A stretch of DNA of 64,000 nt from Alkalispirochaeta sp. (GTDB lineage Bacteria > Spirochaetota > Spirochaetia > DSM-27196 > Alkalispirochaetaceae): NCBI GenBank assembly GCA_965242725.1, contig CBDESZ010000030.1, positions 64,001-128,000 of the forward strand, written 5' to 3'. The notes below the pieces were generated by a model, which worked only from the letters and a program-made list of their open reading frames with translations, did not search any database and had not been told where the DNA came from. Shown here one piece after another: positions 1 through 9,698 of this stretch (position 1 is the first letter of the stretch; every line of letters begins with the position of its first letter). Both the position numbers and the translations under genes were made by a program.

Positions 1-362
1 AGAATGGCACGACCGGCATCATATCCGTCCATCGCCTGGGTCACCTTGAACTCGGGATAGCGTTTGTCCAGAAACTGTTTGATCAGGTCATTGAGCGCCT
101 GATCATCGTCCACGATGAGGACCTGCTCGATTCTCGCCTGCTCCGCAAGGATTTCCCTCACTTCGTCGGGCATGCGCATGCCCTGTTTCTGCATGAACTT
201 TGCCAGTACGTCCGCATAGACGCGATACTGTCCGCCCGGCGTTGTATAAGCCTCAAGATGTCCCTGTCGTATCCAATTTATTGCCGTCTGGTTGACGACG
301 TCACAAAAGTTCGCGACCTCGTGAGCCGAAAAGACGCGCTTCTTTTTCTTCACTTTAGCCAT
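1..362 (-). CDS. Response regulator with N-terminal excisionase/MerR-like HTH and C-terminal receiver domain (runs off window start)
   Basis: Hand translation from ATG at 362: MAKVKKKKRVFSAHEVANFCDVVNQTAINWIRQGHLEAYTTPGGQYRV (HTH_17-like TPGGxxR), then VLIVDDD receiver motif. SD-like AAGGTGG upstream. Not in the ORF track because it is truncated. Confidence 0.85.
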   Translation of the reverse strand, partial: MAKVKKKKRVFSAHEVANFCDVVNQTAINWIRQGHLEAYTTPGGQYRVYADVLAKFMQKQGMRMPDEVREILAEQARIEQVLIVDDDQALNDLIKQFLDKRYPEFKVTQAMDGYDAGRAI

Positions 363-418
363 GGTTCCACCTTATGTAACCGTTCTACACATATTTTACT
401 CAAAAAATGTCTATAATG

Positions 419-1012
419 TCAACGAAAATGTTTACGAATATCATTCGTGGAGAAACCGCGTCGCAAGAGTCGAGTAATAACAGTTTTTCTTTGTTCCGGC
501 GTAAGGTCTTCCACGCCCCTCCCGCCCTCGCCGATAAGGGGCCGGGTCACTTTTTCAATTGTACGTTCCAGGGCTTTTTCAAAACAGCGGGGATGCTCGT
601 CCTCATACCGTGCAATCGCGTCAGAGGCGACTTCCCGGGAGAACCCCCGTTCAGCCAGGCGGGAGAGGAGAAAGGATCGGCTTTTACCGGATCCCTTCAT
701 CGCTGCGCGTATCCAGCTCTCCGCTGCCGCCTCGTCGTTCTGATATCCCCGGCGTGCGAGCGTTTCTATCGCAGTGTCCGCCCCGTCGCGGGAAAACCCC
801 TTCCGGAGGAGCTTTCTTCGGAGCTCAGCTTGTCCGTGGTCTCTTCGTGAGAGCAGATCCACCGCTGCGGGAAGCACGAAAAGGTGTTCACTTTTCCGGA
901 CCAGCAGTCGCAGTCGTCCCACAGGTAACGCGACATCCGCCTCGATAGGTACATCGCTTGCATTACAGACGTCCCGGGCTATATCAAATCGAATTTTTTT
1001 GACGCGCTCCAT
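419..1012 (-). CDS. recX: Regulatory protein RecX
   Basis: LLSRRDH..ELRRKLLRKGF, GYQND..AAESWI, RLAERGF, C-terminal LLRRGF repeats. Start placed at MERVKK (1012). Confidence 0.8.
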   Translation of the reverse strand: MERVKKIRFDIARDVCNASDVPIEADVALPVGRLRLLVRKSEHLFVLPAAVDLLSRRDHGQAELRRKLLRKGFSRDGADTAIETLARRGYQNDEAAAESWIRAAMKGSGKSRSFLLSRLAERGFSREVASDAIARYEDEHPRCFEKALERTIEKVTRPLIGEGGRGVEDLTPEQRKTVITRLLRRGFSTNDIRKHFR

Positions 1013-1091
1013 CGCCGTTCGTTCCGAGCGGGGAACAGATGGAGAGGACTCACCCTTACCGTTGAGGGGGTCGTACCACGCATAAACACAA

Positions 1092-1121
1092 ACGCCCGCA
1101 GCGATATGCGCATGCGGGCGT
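1092..1121 (-). terminator. Probable intrinsic terminator after rpsI
   Basis: Stem ACGCCCGCA/TGCGGGCGT followed on the minus strand by TTGTGTTT. Confidence 0.55.
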
Positions 1122-1160
1122 ATTGATTGTACCGTGACCACGTGGTCCGGCGGTATGTTT

Positions 1161-1547
1161 TTAACGCTTGGAGAACTGGAACTTACGGCGCGCACCACGC
1201 TGCCCGTACTTCTTCCGTTCAACCATCCGGGGATCCCGAGTGAGAAATCCGTTCACTCGCAGCGCTTTCACGAGGGTATCGTCAAAGTCAACAAGTGCAC
1301 GGGCGACGCCGTGACGAATCGCTCCCGCCTGGCCGCTCTCGCCGCCTCCACGTACCGTGACAAGCACGTCAAAGTCGCCATCTTTTTCAAGGACGCTCAA
1401 CGGCTGTCGGGCGATAATACGATTCTCTTCCCGATGAAAATAGTCGCTCAACTCACGACCATTGATGGTCATCTTTCCGCTACCCGGCCGAAGATAAACG
1501 CGGGCTACCGACGTCTTCCGACGTCCCGTTCCGAGATACTGATCCAT
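1161..1547 (-). CDS. rpsI: 30S ribosomal protein S9
   Basis: [50 protein letters not shown]. Confidence 0.99.
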   Translation of the reverse strand: MDQYLGTGRRKTSVARVYLRPGSGKMTINGRELSDYFHREENRIIARQPLSVLEKDGDFDVLVTVRGGGESGQAGAIRHGVARALVDFDDTLVKALRVNGFLTRDPRMVERKKYGQRGARRKFQFSKR

Positions 1548-1550
1548 CCG

Positions 1551-2003
1551 TTACGCCTCCTTTACCTTCGGAAGAGTAACTTCTTCCGGCTTCTGTGCCG
1601 CATGGGGGTGTTCATTACCGGCATACACTTTCAAATTGGTGAACAGTTTCCGACCAAGACGGTTTCGCGGCAGCATACCCCGTACCGCGTGTTCAAGGGG
1701 ATACTCGGGTTTCCGTGCGATCATCTTCTCGAACGATTCCGATCGCAATGAGCCGAGATACCCGCTATGGCGGTAGTACGTCTTCTGCGTGGATTTGCGT
1801 CCGGTCACGACGACCTTGTCGGCGTTAATGATGATAACGTAATCACCCACTTCCTGATGCGGGGTGTACTCGGGCTTTTTCTTTCCCCGAAGCAGATCCG
1901 CCGCTTCCGTGGCGACACGACCGAGCCGTTGTCCGGCTGCGTCGATAACGTACCACTTACGTTCTATCTCTTTTGGTTTAACGAAAATTGTCTTCATAGT
2001 CAT
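1551..2003 (-). CDS. rplM: 50S ribosomal protein L13
   Basis: [47 protein letters not shown]. Canonical rplM-rpsI pair. Start at 2003 or 1997. Confidence 0.99.
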   Translation of the reverse strand: MTMKTIFVKPKEIERKWYVIDAAGQRLGRVATEAADLLRGKKKPEYTPHQEVGDYVIIINADKVVVTGRKSTQKTYYRHSGYLGSLRSESFEKMIARKPEYPLEHAVRGMLPRNRLGRKLFTNLKVYAGNEHPHAAQKPEEVTLPKVKEA

Positions 2004-2077
2004 ACTCAACCTGCGTAGCGAGGCGGTAATTTCTCATAGCGGCGGAGAAATGTCAAGATCCGCGTTCGTCGACGGCG

Positions 2078-2371
2078 TCAGTCCTCTTTTTTTTCCTCGC
2101 TTTTTGCCCCGCTCTGCTCCGATTTTTCCGCTTCTGCCGCAGCGCGAGCTTCTTCTTCCTCTTCCTTCTTGGCTTCTATCTTGTCCTTGATATCGGCGAT
2201 GCCGATCATGATGGCAATGAGCCCGATAAACACGGCGAGGAGAGGTATTCCCCCTGCCAGGACCACCTTCACCTGTTCCCACCAGTTAAGGAGAGCAAAC
2301 GGTAAACTCGCGGGGAGTATCGCGTAAACGGCAAAGAGAACAAAAACAATTCCGACAAGCAGTGCACCCAT
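2078..2371 (-). CDS. Small membrane protein, two TM helices plus charged tail
   Basis: Two hydrophobic segments, then E/K-rich tail. SD GGAGG upstream. Confidence 0.75.
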   Translation of the reverse strand: MGALLVGIVFVLFAVYAILPASLPFALLNWWEQVKVVLAGGIPLLAVFIGLIAIMIGIADIKDKIEAKKEEEEEARAAAEAEKSEQSGAKSEEKKED

Positions 2372-2391
2372 GTGTTATTCCTCCATCCAAA

Positions 2392-2691
2392 TCATATACG
2401 TACATTTTTTATCATCGTGCTGATGCCTGCGATGATAAAAAGTAACGGAGTCGCCCGTAGAAGCATCCAGAACAGCGAAATACCGCCAATTTGGACGTCA
2501 ATGACCGAGATAATACCAAAGCGATGCAAAGTTTGGAAGGCCACATCGCCAAAACGAATTACCAATCCGATGATCAACAGCATCCACGCCGGTTCACGCG
2601 TCAATGACCAGAGCATGATTGCCGTAAATGCCACGACACCGGAGAGTACAAGATCAATAAGGAGTATACCCATATCACCGGGTCCAACCAT
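2392..2691 (-). CDS. Small hypothetical membrane protein (3 TM)
   Basis: Hydrophobic 99-aa ORF overlapping the upstream gene, in the same operon. Confidence 0.7.
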   Translation of the reverse strand: MVGPGDMGILLIDLVLSGVVAFTAIMLWSLTREPAWMLLIIGLVIRFGDVAFQTLHRFGIISVIDVQIGGISLFWMLLRATPLLFIIAGISTMIKNVRI

Positions 2692-3475
2692 GACACATCC
2701 TTTCCCAGTTGCGCTGATCGGCCGAATTCATACCGTCCGGAATCACCAGTGGGGTCCAGGGGTCCGGCGGAAGAAGGATACCCAGGGTAAGGGCATCGTT
2801 TCTGTGTGATTCCCACTGCGTCGCATGGTCTCCGCTATTTCGGGCCGCAATATCCGGAAGAAACCACACTCCTTCCCGCCGGTACCCCGGCGGAACGGAG
2901 AGGCGCGCTGCCACATCTTCCCGCGCGTACCGTTCATCCCGCGACAGATACGCCGTCAGGGCGTGTGCCCCCTGGGTCAGCAGCGCAATCGCCGCAGCGG
3001 GCAGTCCTTCCACTACGGCGTTCCGGGGTACCACGACACCCGGTACCGGCAGCGTCACTTCGATCGCCGCGGGAACGGTCTCACCGCCGTGCGTGCCACC
3101 TGATGACGTTTCAAATGTCCCGGCGGGAAGCCACCGAAGGGAGCCCCCCTCCGGCACGGGTGAATACCTGCCGTTGATGAGGCGGATCTCATCGACCGGG
3201 AGCGCTGCGGCTCGGGAAAGCTCTCGGAGAGCTTTCCCGAGCCGCGCCTGCCACTGTGTGGGAAACGGCCCCCACAACCCGCGGTCGGTCTCTTCTTTCA
3301 CCAGCCGCCCGTATCCCCGAGGCCTGTGTCCGAGAAAGGCGGTACCGTCGGCCAGCCAGACATCGAGATACCGCTCGCCGGTCTGGTCATACAGATACCG
3401 CTCACGGGCTCGCCGAACGATTCGCCCCGGTGGCAATCGATATGTCCGTTGCGATGTATCCTGTCGTGAGACCAT
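2675..3475 (-). CDS. Hypothetical protein with class-III aminotransferase-like N-terminus
   Basis: RARERYLYDQTGERYLDVW...FLGH matches the start of class-III PLP aminotransferases, but the protein is only 266 aa. Confidence 0.6.
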   Translation of the reverse strand: MVSRQDTSQRTYRLPPGRIVRRARERYLYDQTGERYLDVWLADGTAFLGHRPRGYGRLVKEETDRGLWGPFPTQWQARLGKALRELSRAAALPVDEIRLINGRYSPVPEGGSLRWLPAGTFETSSGGTHGGETVPAAIEVTLPVPGVVVPRNAVVEGLPAAAIALLTQGAHALTAYLSRDERYAREDVAARLSVPPGYRREGVWFLPDIAARNSGDHATQWESHRNDALTLGILLPPDPWTPLVIPDGMNSADQRNWERMCHGWTR

Positions 3476-3477
3476 AC

Positions 3478-5742
3478 TCAGATATCTCCCATATAGTCGT
3501 CGCTCCCGGCGATTCGTTCCAGGGGTGTATACGCCGGAAGAAATTGCGCAGTCGCTCCCGTCTCAAAGCGAACCAGAACGACCGCTTCCGTTCCGGAGTA
3601 CCACGCCTTGGTGACGATGCCCTGACCGTAATTGTCATGGTATACAGCCGTACCCCGGGGAAAGGGATGGTCAACGTCTCCGGCACCCCGGCCTGCACGG
3701 AGTGCGGAAAGGGCCCGTCTCTGCGCATTGTGAGCGGATCCGTATCCCCCTGCTGAATCGGTTTCCACCGTCACGAGTTCCGGGGGAATTTCCGAGAGGA
3801 ACCGCGACGGAAGCAGGTCGGTCATACGGCCGTGGACACGGCGATACCGGCATGAGGTGAGGTGCAGATCGTGTTTTGCCCGGGTAATGGCGACATAAAA
3901 GAGACGTCTCTCCTCCTCAAGTTCCTCCGGGTCGTCGTCCCGGGGAAAGAGCGTCTCCTCCAGGCCGGTGATGACGACCCGGTCAAATTCGAGCCCCTTG
4001 GTATTATGCATGGTTATGAGAATAACCCTGGCGTCGGCGTTTTCCCCCTGTTCCCGGGCACTATCGAGTTCAATTCCTTCCAGGAACTCGCTCAACCCGG
4101 CGGCCGTTGCCGGATAGAGGGAGGCGGCATTCACGAGTTCTTCAAGGTTTTGTATTTTCTGCGTTCCGGAAACTTCGTCCTGTTCCTGATGATACCGGGC
4201 GAGTCCGCTCCTATCCAGCATCTCCTCAACGATTGCGGCCAATCCGGACGGCGCGTTTTCTTCCTCTTCGTCGGCATCTGACTCCGGAACCGTCGGGGAC
4301 TCAGTCTCATCTGGAATTTCAGCGTCGGAATCGCCTGGCGCCATACCCATGCCGTTCCGTATGGATTCGACCGTCTTCAGAAACTCGGCAAGTGCTGCGG
4401 CCGCCTTCTTTGAAAGTCGGGGAATCGCGTAGTCCGCGGCGGCGGAGAGGTCGCCCCGTGCGGCGGCAAGATTGGCAAGAATTGTCTCCAGGCCCTTATT
4501 CCCGATACCCCGGGCCGGTTTGTTCACAATTCGTCTGAAACTGACTTCATCGCGGGGGTTTGCAAGAAACTTGAGGAATGCAACCGCATCTTTCACTTCC
4601 TCCCGATCGTAAAACCGAACCGCACCGATAATGCGATAAGGGATTCCCTCCCGCAACAGCGCCGTTTCAAAGGGGCGGGACTGGGCGTTGGTGCGGTAGA
4701 GGACGGCTATCTCCCCCTCCCGTCCCCGTCGTTCGTCCTCACGGACAAGTTGTATGACGTAGTCGACCTCGCTTTCGTGGTCCTCCAGGAGGACAAGGCG
4801 GGGCCGCTCACCGTCACGGCGATCGGTGAAGAGCGTCTTTCCCAGACGTCCGGCGTTGTTGGCCACCACGGCGCCGGCGAGATCGAGAATGGGCGCCGTG
4901 GAGCGATAGTTCTGCTCAAGCCTGACCACATGGGTATGGGGAAATGTCTCGGGAAAGGTCAGAATATTCTGCACTTCCGCACCGCGAAACCGATAAATCG
5001 ACTGGTCGTCGTCGCCCACGACACATACAAAGGATTCGGGATCGCTCAGTCCGTGCAGGAGCCGGTACTGGGCGACATTGGAGTCCTGATATTCATCGAC
5101 CAGAATGTAGCGAAAGCGGCTCCTGATCCGATCGGCTACAGGCGAGTCCGACTCAAGAAGCTGTACCGGTTTCATGATGAGGTCGCCGAAATCGACATTC
5201 CCGATCTCCTCCAGGCGACTCTGATACTTGCGGTACACCTCCACAAGTTCGGGGTCGTGACTGATTTCCGACAGATCGTCGTCCGGTCCGAGGCAGTAGT
5301 CTTTCGCCCTGCTGATGAGATGATAAAAGCGGGCCATCACCGCACGTTTCTGTTCGGGGTATAAGGACCGCAGCAGCGTTATCGAGTCGTCATCGTCGTA
5401 TATTGAAAATCCCCGGGGTAACCCCATCAGTGAGGCGTTTCGCCTCAGCAGCCACGCCCCGAAGGAGTGGAAGGTGCGAATCGTGACATCCGAGGCGTGT
5501 TCGACGAGTGCCGCCGCGCGCTCCCGCATCTCTCCCGCCGCCTTGTTTGTAAATGTGACGGCAAGTATGGAGCGGGGATCCACTCCCATTTCGCCTATGA
5601 GATAGGCGATCTTGACGGTTACGACCCGCGTCTTGCCGCTGCCGGCTCCTGCAAGTATCAACAGCGGTCCCGACTGATAGAGAACCGCCTCCCGCTGTGC
5701 GGGATTGAGCCCGGTAAACGCTTCCTGAAGCTCAGGCGTCAC
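3478..5742 (-). CDS. pcrA: ATP-dependent DNA helicase PcrA/UvrD (SF1)
   Basis: LNPAQ, AGAGSGKT, TFTNKAA, VDEYQD, VGDDDQSIYRFRGA, QNYRS, TMHNTKGLEF, EERRLFYVAITRA, C-terminal Tudor-like domain. Confidence 0.95.
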   Translation of the reverse strand: MTPELQEAFTGLNPAQREAVLYQSGPLLILAGAGSGKTRVVTVKIAYLIGEMGVDPRSILAVTFTNKAAGEMRERAAALVEHASDVTIRTFHSFGAWLLRRNASLMGLPRGFSIYDDDDSITLLRSLYPEQKRAVMARFYHLISRAKDYCLGPDDDLSEISHDPELVEVYRKYQSRLEEIGNVDFGDLIMKPVQLLESDSPVADRIRSRFRYILVDEYQDSNVAQYRLLHGLSDPESFVCVVGDDDQSIYRFRGAEVQNILTFPETFPHTHVVRLEQNYRSTAPILDLAGAVVANNAGRLGKTLFTDRRDGERPRLVLLEDHESEVDYVIQLVREDERRGREGEIAVLYRTNAQSRPFETALLREGIPYRIIGAVRFYDREEVKDAVAFLKFLANPRDEVSFRRIVNKPARGIGNKGLETILANLAAARGDLSAAADYAIPRLSKKAAAALAEFLKTVESIRNGMGMAPGDSDAEIPDETESPTVPESDADEEEENAPSGLAAIVEEMLDRSGLARYHQEQDEVSGTQKIQNLEELVNAASLYPATAAGLSEFLEGIELDSAREQGENADARVILITMHNTKGLEFDRVVITGLEETLFPRDDDPEELEEERRLFYVAITRAKHDLHLTSCRYRRVHGRMTDLLPSRFLSEIPPELVTVETDSAGGYGSAHNAQRRALSALRAGRGAGDVDHPFPRGTAVYHDNYGQGIVTKAWYSGTEAVVLVRFETGATAQFLPAYTPLERIAGSDDYMGDI

Positions 5743-6577
5743 CGCCGGCTGCTCCTTTTAGGTCACCCTCCGCCTCGACGGGTTTCCCATCCGCACGATT
5801 CTCTTCGTCACGAGTCTCCTCGTCACGAGTCTCCTCGTCACGAGTCTCCTCGTCACGATTCTCTTTGTCGGGATGCGCTCCCACAACGGCGCCCTTCCCC
5901 GATCCTGCGGCGTATGCCGTCTCTTCCAGCCAGTCCCGGAACGCCGTCATCTTTTCTGCGACGGTACCGACCCTGGGAATCACAAAAAGATACGCCCGTT
6001 CCTCCTGGGGAATGACCGCGGCGTGACGAATCGTTCCGGCATCTCCGAGGCGATTCATAAGGTTTTCCATCCACTTCCGTGACCGTTCCGATGTGGTGTA
6101 GAGGTGGAAGCGCCGAGTCCCCCACGTCACCTCTTCCTTCCGTAACGCTGCGGCGTTTTCAATCCGGTTACCCATCATTCGCTCAAAGCGCGGCTCCACG
6201 AGATGTGCTTCCTCGTTTATTGCCTTGCCCCTCTTACTGTAAAAAAAGAAGGTTTGCATACGGTCAAAGCGGCGCGTCAGCAGCGATACCGGCAGGTAAA
6301 GAAGGCTCTGCCGGGGAAGGATCGTCAACGTCGCGTCGATGCGTCGAATCGATCGCATGTTTCCGGGAACGATATTTGCGTGATACCCCGTCTGACCGCC
6401 GATATTGGTGAATTGCTGATCCTTCGCTTTAAAGACCTGCAGGAGCGGATCGAGGGCGTCCATGACGACGCGCCGATTGTATTTGCGGCCAAAGAGATAG
6501 CCGAAGGTCAATAAAAGGGAAAAGGCGATCAGAAAGTAGAACGCCGGTGTATAGACGAGATTTTCATACTGAAACAT
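5732..6577 (-). CDS. Uncharacterised protein with N-terminal TM anchor, paralog of 9699..10349, acidic repeat tail
   Basis: TM followed by GRKYNRR. LTILPRQSLLYLPV motif shared with 9699..10349. SD GAGGAG. Confidence 0.8.
   Translation of the reverse strand: MFQYENLVYTPAFYFLIAFSLLLTFGYLFGRKYNRRVVMDALDPLLQVFKAKDQQFTNIGGQTGYHANIVPGNMRSIRRIDATLTILPRQSLLYLPVSLLTRRFDRMQTFFFYSKRGKAINEEAHLVEPRFERMMGNRIENAAALRKEEVTWGTRRFHLYTTSERSRKWMENLMNRLGDAGTIRHAAVIPQEERAYLFVIPRVGTVAEKMTAFRDWLEETAYAAGSGKGAVVGAHPDKENRDEETRDEETRDEETRDEENRADGKPVEAEGDLKGAAGGDA
5794..5865. repeat. 15-bp coding tandem repeat CGTCACGAGTCTCCT (3 perfect + 2 degenerate units), encodes RDEET
   Basis: Perfect units at 5806, 5821 and 5836; degenerate units at about 5791 and 5851. 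Confidence 0.95.
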
Positions 6578-6586
6578 CGGTTCTCC

Positions 6587-7510
6587 TCACGGAAACAAAG
6601 TGGTCAGGTCGTATCCTATTTCATAGGACTTTTCCCGTCGATAGGGTTCCCAGGGAATGCGGGCAAGGACGGGACGCTGTTCCATACCGTTGAAGAGCTC
6701 AGCCTCCATTTCATCGGCAATTTCTTGCAGTCCCGACGTGTACTTGTTGTTCAGCGCAACATCCACACCGATTTTCAGATCGCTCAGCCCGGTAAAAATC
6801 CGCTGGCTTTCCCGGAGACTCAGGTAATCGGGGTTGAATACGACGGCGACGCGGCTGTTCGGTCCTTCCAGGTGCTGGGCTACCGCCACGTACCGGTCAA
6901 ACAGCTCCTTCAACTTTTTCATGACCGAGTCGTCGGCCTCGTCGTAGACGAGCTTCTCCCCCTCTTCCTTGAAGACACCGGTAATGGAGTGCACCGTATG
7001 GCGTTTATCCAGAATATCCCGGCGGATGCGTCGCAGCCGATCGATCCAGGTTATGGTAATCCGCGGAAGCGCCAGAATTCGCAGAGTCAGACCGGTGGGT
7101 GGCGTATCGACAATCACCACGTCATAGTCGTCGGACGTCCTGAGCATCTTTTCCATTGTCGTCAGTGCGGCATACTCTTCAACCCCGGGCGAATACCGGA
7201 GCACCTTGAAGTAGCGATCAAGATTGAACGCCTTGGTGTAGCTGTAGACTTCGGTGAGAATATCGGTATTGCTCTGAATATACTCCTGCGCCGCCTGGTC
7301 GAGGTCCGCCTCCTGGAGGTCCAGATTCTCGGAAAAGCGCTTCCGCTTGTGAGTGAGCGTCATGCCGAAAATATCGCCCAGATTGTGGGCGGGATCAAAG
7401 GAAATGGCGAGCACTTTTTTACCCTGTCGGGAGAGCTGCCACGCCGTCGCGGCGGACATGGTGGATTTCCCGACGCCGCCTTTACCCGTAAAAAATATCG
7501 TGTTTATCAC
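6587..7510 (-). CDS. Single-domain ArsA/Get3(TRC40)-family ATPase
   Basis: GKGGVGKS, SFDPAHNL, PGVEE, DTPPTGLTLRIL. No cysteines. Start likely GTG 7510 (AAAGGA upstream); the ORF extends to 7546. Confidence 0.9.
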   Translation of the reverse strand: MINTIFFTGKGGVGKSTMSAATAWQLSRQGKKVLAISFDPAHNLGDIFGMTLTHKRKRFSENLDLQEADLDQAAQEYIQSNTDILTEVYSYTKAFNLDRYFKVLRYSPGVEEYAALTTMEKMLRTSDDYDVVIVDTPPTGLTLRILALPRITITWIDRLRRIRRDILDKRHTVHSITGVFKEEGEKLVYDEADDSVMKKLKELFDRYVAVAQHLEGPNSRVAVVFNPDYLSLRESQRIFTGLSDLKIGVDVALNNKYTSGLQEIADEMEAELFNGMEQRPVLARIPWEPYRREKSYEIGYDLTTLFP

Positions 7511-7529
7511 AATTATTCCTTTCTTCCGC

Positions 7530-7820
7530 CTACGCGTCGGCGTCAAGAGTTCCCATTATTTCGGCCAGGGCGTCGGAGGCGCTCTCCGCACGCCGGTTGA
7601 GTACCTTGATCTCCCGCTCGAGATAGGGGAGAAGTTCCACGGCGATAAAAGAGGGCGGTGACGGCATCCCGGTAAAGGAGCCGAGCAGCAACAGGACAAA
7701 CATGTTCTCCAGTTCCCGGGCTTCATAATTGGTGAGGGCGACAACCCGCTCCCGGTGTGCCTGGTCTATGCCCCGTACCAACGCCCGGACCAATCGAAAA
7801 AAGCGTCGGATCAAATTCAT
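7530..7820 (-). CDS. Small CstA-associated protein
   Basis: 96 aa with ELENMFVLLLLGSFTGMPSPP..ELLPYL, lying between cstA and an ArsA-type ATPase gene. Confidence 0.75.
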   Translation of the reverse strand: MNLIRRFFRLVRALVRGIDQAHRERVVALTNYEARELENMFVLLLLGSFTGMPSPPSFIAVELLPYLEREIKVLNRRAESASDALAEIMGTLDADA

Positions 7821-7943
7821 GGCTGGATCCTTCCCTGTGTGGATAAAAATAGGGCATCGGTTCCGTCCGGCAATGATCCGGATGACGCCGATGCCCGGAG
7901 GGACTCCCGGCCGGCTCGCATCGCCGCACCGGGAGTAATGCTT

Positions 7944-9671
7944 CTACGCTTCTGAAGTCTCGGCGTAGGGGTTATTGCGGGTCTTCACGAAGTCTATGAT
8001 GAAGACGACGTTCAACACGAGCATAACCGCTTCAATGATGAATACAACAGTGTTGGTCAGCGCATTATTCTGAATAGCCGGCAGCACAACGACAAACATG
8101 TGCCAGATGATGGCGGCGGTAACGGTGATCCATAGGAGATACGCCGGAATAAGTGCCATCGTCGCATTGCTCTTCAGCCGTTTGGTGACCCATGCCGTTC
8201 CGGTAAGAAGGGCGATGGAGGCGATCAGCTGGTTACCGGCGCCAAAGCTGGGCCAGAGAATGCTGAAGGCGCCGCTGTAGCCGAGGTACACACCAATGGC
8301 TGCGGGAATAATCGACGCGGTCCAGCGGTTGGAGAGGAAATTGTACGCAGCGTCGGCGCGTCCCTTCAGGGGCAGCGCGATCTCCGCCAGGGTGTACCGG
8401 GCGAGACGATTGGTAGTATCCAGGGTAGTCATGGCAAACCCTGCGACCCACATACCCGCGACGAGCTTCACAAACTCGGTCGGGATAAAGCGCAGCCACG
8501 TATCGGCAACCATCGCGGCGTAGGAGTTGGTGAACATGGAAGCCCCACCAAGACCGGCGGCGGCGCTGGCAGGAGTGTACATGTCACCCCAGTTAGCGGC
8601 GGTGATTTCCTGGCCCGCACCCTGCATGAGACCGAGACCGTAACCGGCAACGGCGACAACGACGATGGTGGAAAGGAACCCTTCAACGAGCATACCGCCG
8701 TATCCGATGACGAGACCGGAGGTCTCCTTGGAAATCTGCTTACTTGTCGTCCCTGACCCGACCAGGGCGTGGAACCCGCTCAGGCTTCCGCAGGCGATGA
8801 TCAGCGGAATGACCGGCCAGAAGGGACTCGGCTTGCCGCCGGAAACGATCGGCGCAAAGCGGGTAAACGCGGGAGCGGAGAAACCGGTGAAGCTTGACAG
8901 TGCGGCTACACCACCAAGAATGAGACCGATGTACAGCAGGTAGCTGTTCAGGTAGTCCCGGGGCTGGAGAAGCACGTTCACCGGAATCGCCGCGGCGATG
9001 ATGATGTAGGCAAACATGATGAAGAACCACGCTTCCCGGCTGGCGACGATGGGCATCTTGTCGGCGAGGTAGATGGTGAGCAGCAGCATCACCAGACCGA
9101 TCGCCGAGGCGAGTGCGAAATTCATCTTCACCCGGTAAATGAGCACACCCAGAATGAGGGCGGCAACGAGGAGGAGGACGAAGTTCGTCGGAATCGCGGG
9201 ATTGTTCAGGAAGAGTCCGCCGATAACCGCGGAGAACGCACCGACGATGAGGATGAGAATCATGAAGACGAGCCAGTAAAAGAGCTTGCCCGTACGCTTC
9301 GTGATCAGGTCGGAGGCGACAAATTGAATCGACTTGCCGTCGTATCGGACGGAAGCCATGATCGCCAGATAATCGTGGACGGCGCCGATAAAAATGTTAC
9401 CGAACCATATCCACGCCAGAGAGGGTAACCATCCCCATGCCATGGCGATAACGGGACCCACGATAGGTGCGGCACCCGCCACGGATGCAAAATGGTGACC
9501 AAACAGTACCGGAGTCTTGGCCGGGATGTAATCAACCCCGTCAAACAACCGGCTGGCCGGAGTTTCGATCTTGTCGTCCGCCTTGACTACACTGGTCTCC
9601 AGCTTCTTTCCGTACAGAAAGTAGAGCGCAATGTACACCACGACGGCGACAACAACAATTATTGAGGACAT
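7944..9671 (-). CDS. cstA: Carbon starvation protein A family transporter
   Basis: TPA..DGVDY.P, LFGHHFASVAGAAPIVGP, GAVHDY, LLQPRDY, IACGSLSGFHA, TTLDT..R, LWPSFGAGNQL. Confidence 0.95.
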   Translation of the reverse strand: MSSIIVVVAVVVYIALYFLYGKKLETSVVKADDKIETPASRLFDGVDYIPAKTPVLFGHHFASVAGAAPIVGPVIAMAWGWLPSLAWIWFGNIFIGAVHDYLAIMASVRYDGKSIQFVASDLITKRTGKLFYWLVFMILILIVGAFSAVIGGLFLNNPAIPTNFVLLLVAALILGVLIYRVKMNFALASAIGLVMLLLTIYLADKMPIVASREAWFFIMFAYIIIAAAIPVNVLLQPRDYLNSYLLYIGLILGGVAALSSFTGFSAPAFTRFAPIVSGGKPSPFWPVIPLIIACGSLSGFHALVGSGTTSKQISKETSGLVIGYGGMLVEGFLSTIVVVAVAGYGLGLMQGAGQEITAANWGDMYTPASAAAGLGGASMFTNSYAAMVADTWLRFIPTEFVKLVAGMWVAGFAMTTLDTTNRLARYTLAEIALPLKGRADAAYNFLSNRWTASIIPAAIGVYLGYSGAFSILWPSFGAGNQLIASIALLTGTAWVTKRLKSNATMALIPAYLLWITVTAAIIWHMFVVVLPAIQNNALTNTVVFIIEAVMLVLNVVFIIDFVKTRNNPYAETSEA

Positions 9672-9698
9672 ATAACCTCCTGAAAGAGTAGGTGTGGT

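Noticed and set aside
1020..1090. Possible small RNA between rpsI and recX
   Set aside because: Only a weak hairpin; no tRNA, SRP, 6S or riboswitch features recognised.
5794..5865. Repeat as CRISPR or regulatory array
   Set aside because: Head-to-tail 15-mers without spacers, in frame within a CDS.
6587..7546. Calling the ATPase arsA as part of arsenic resistance
   Set aside because: Single domain, no cysteines, and located with cstA rather than the ars genes.
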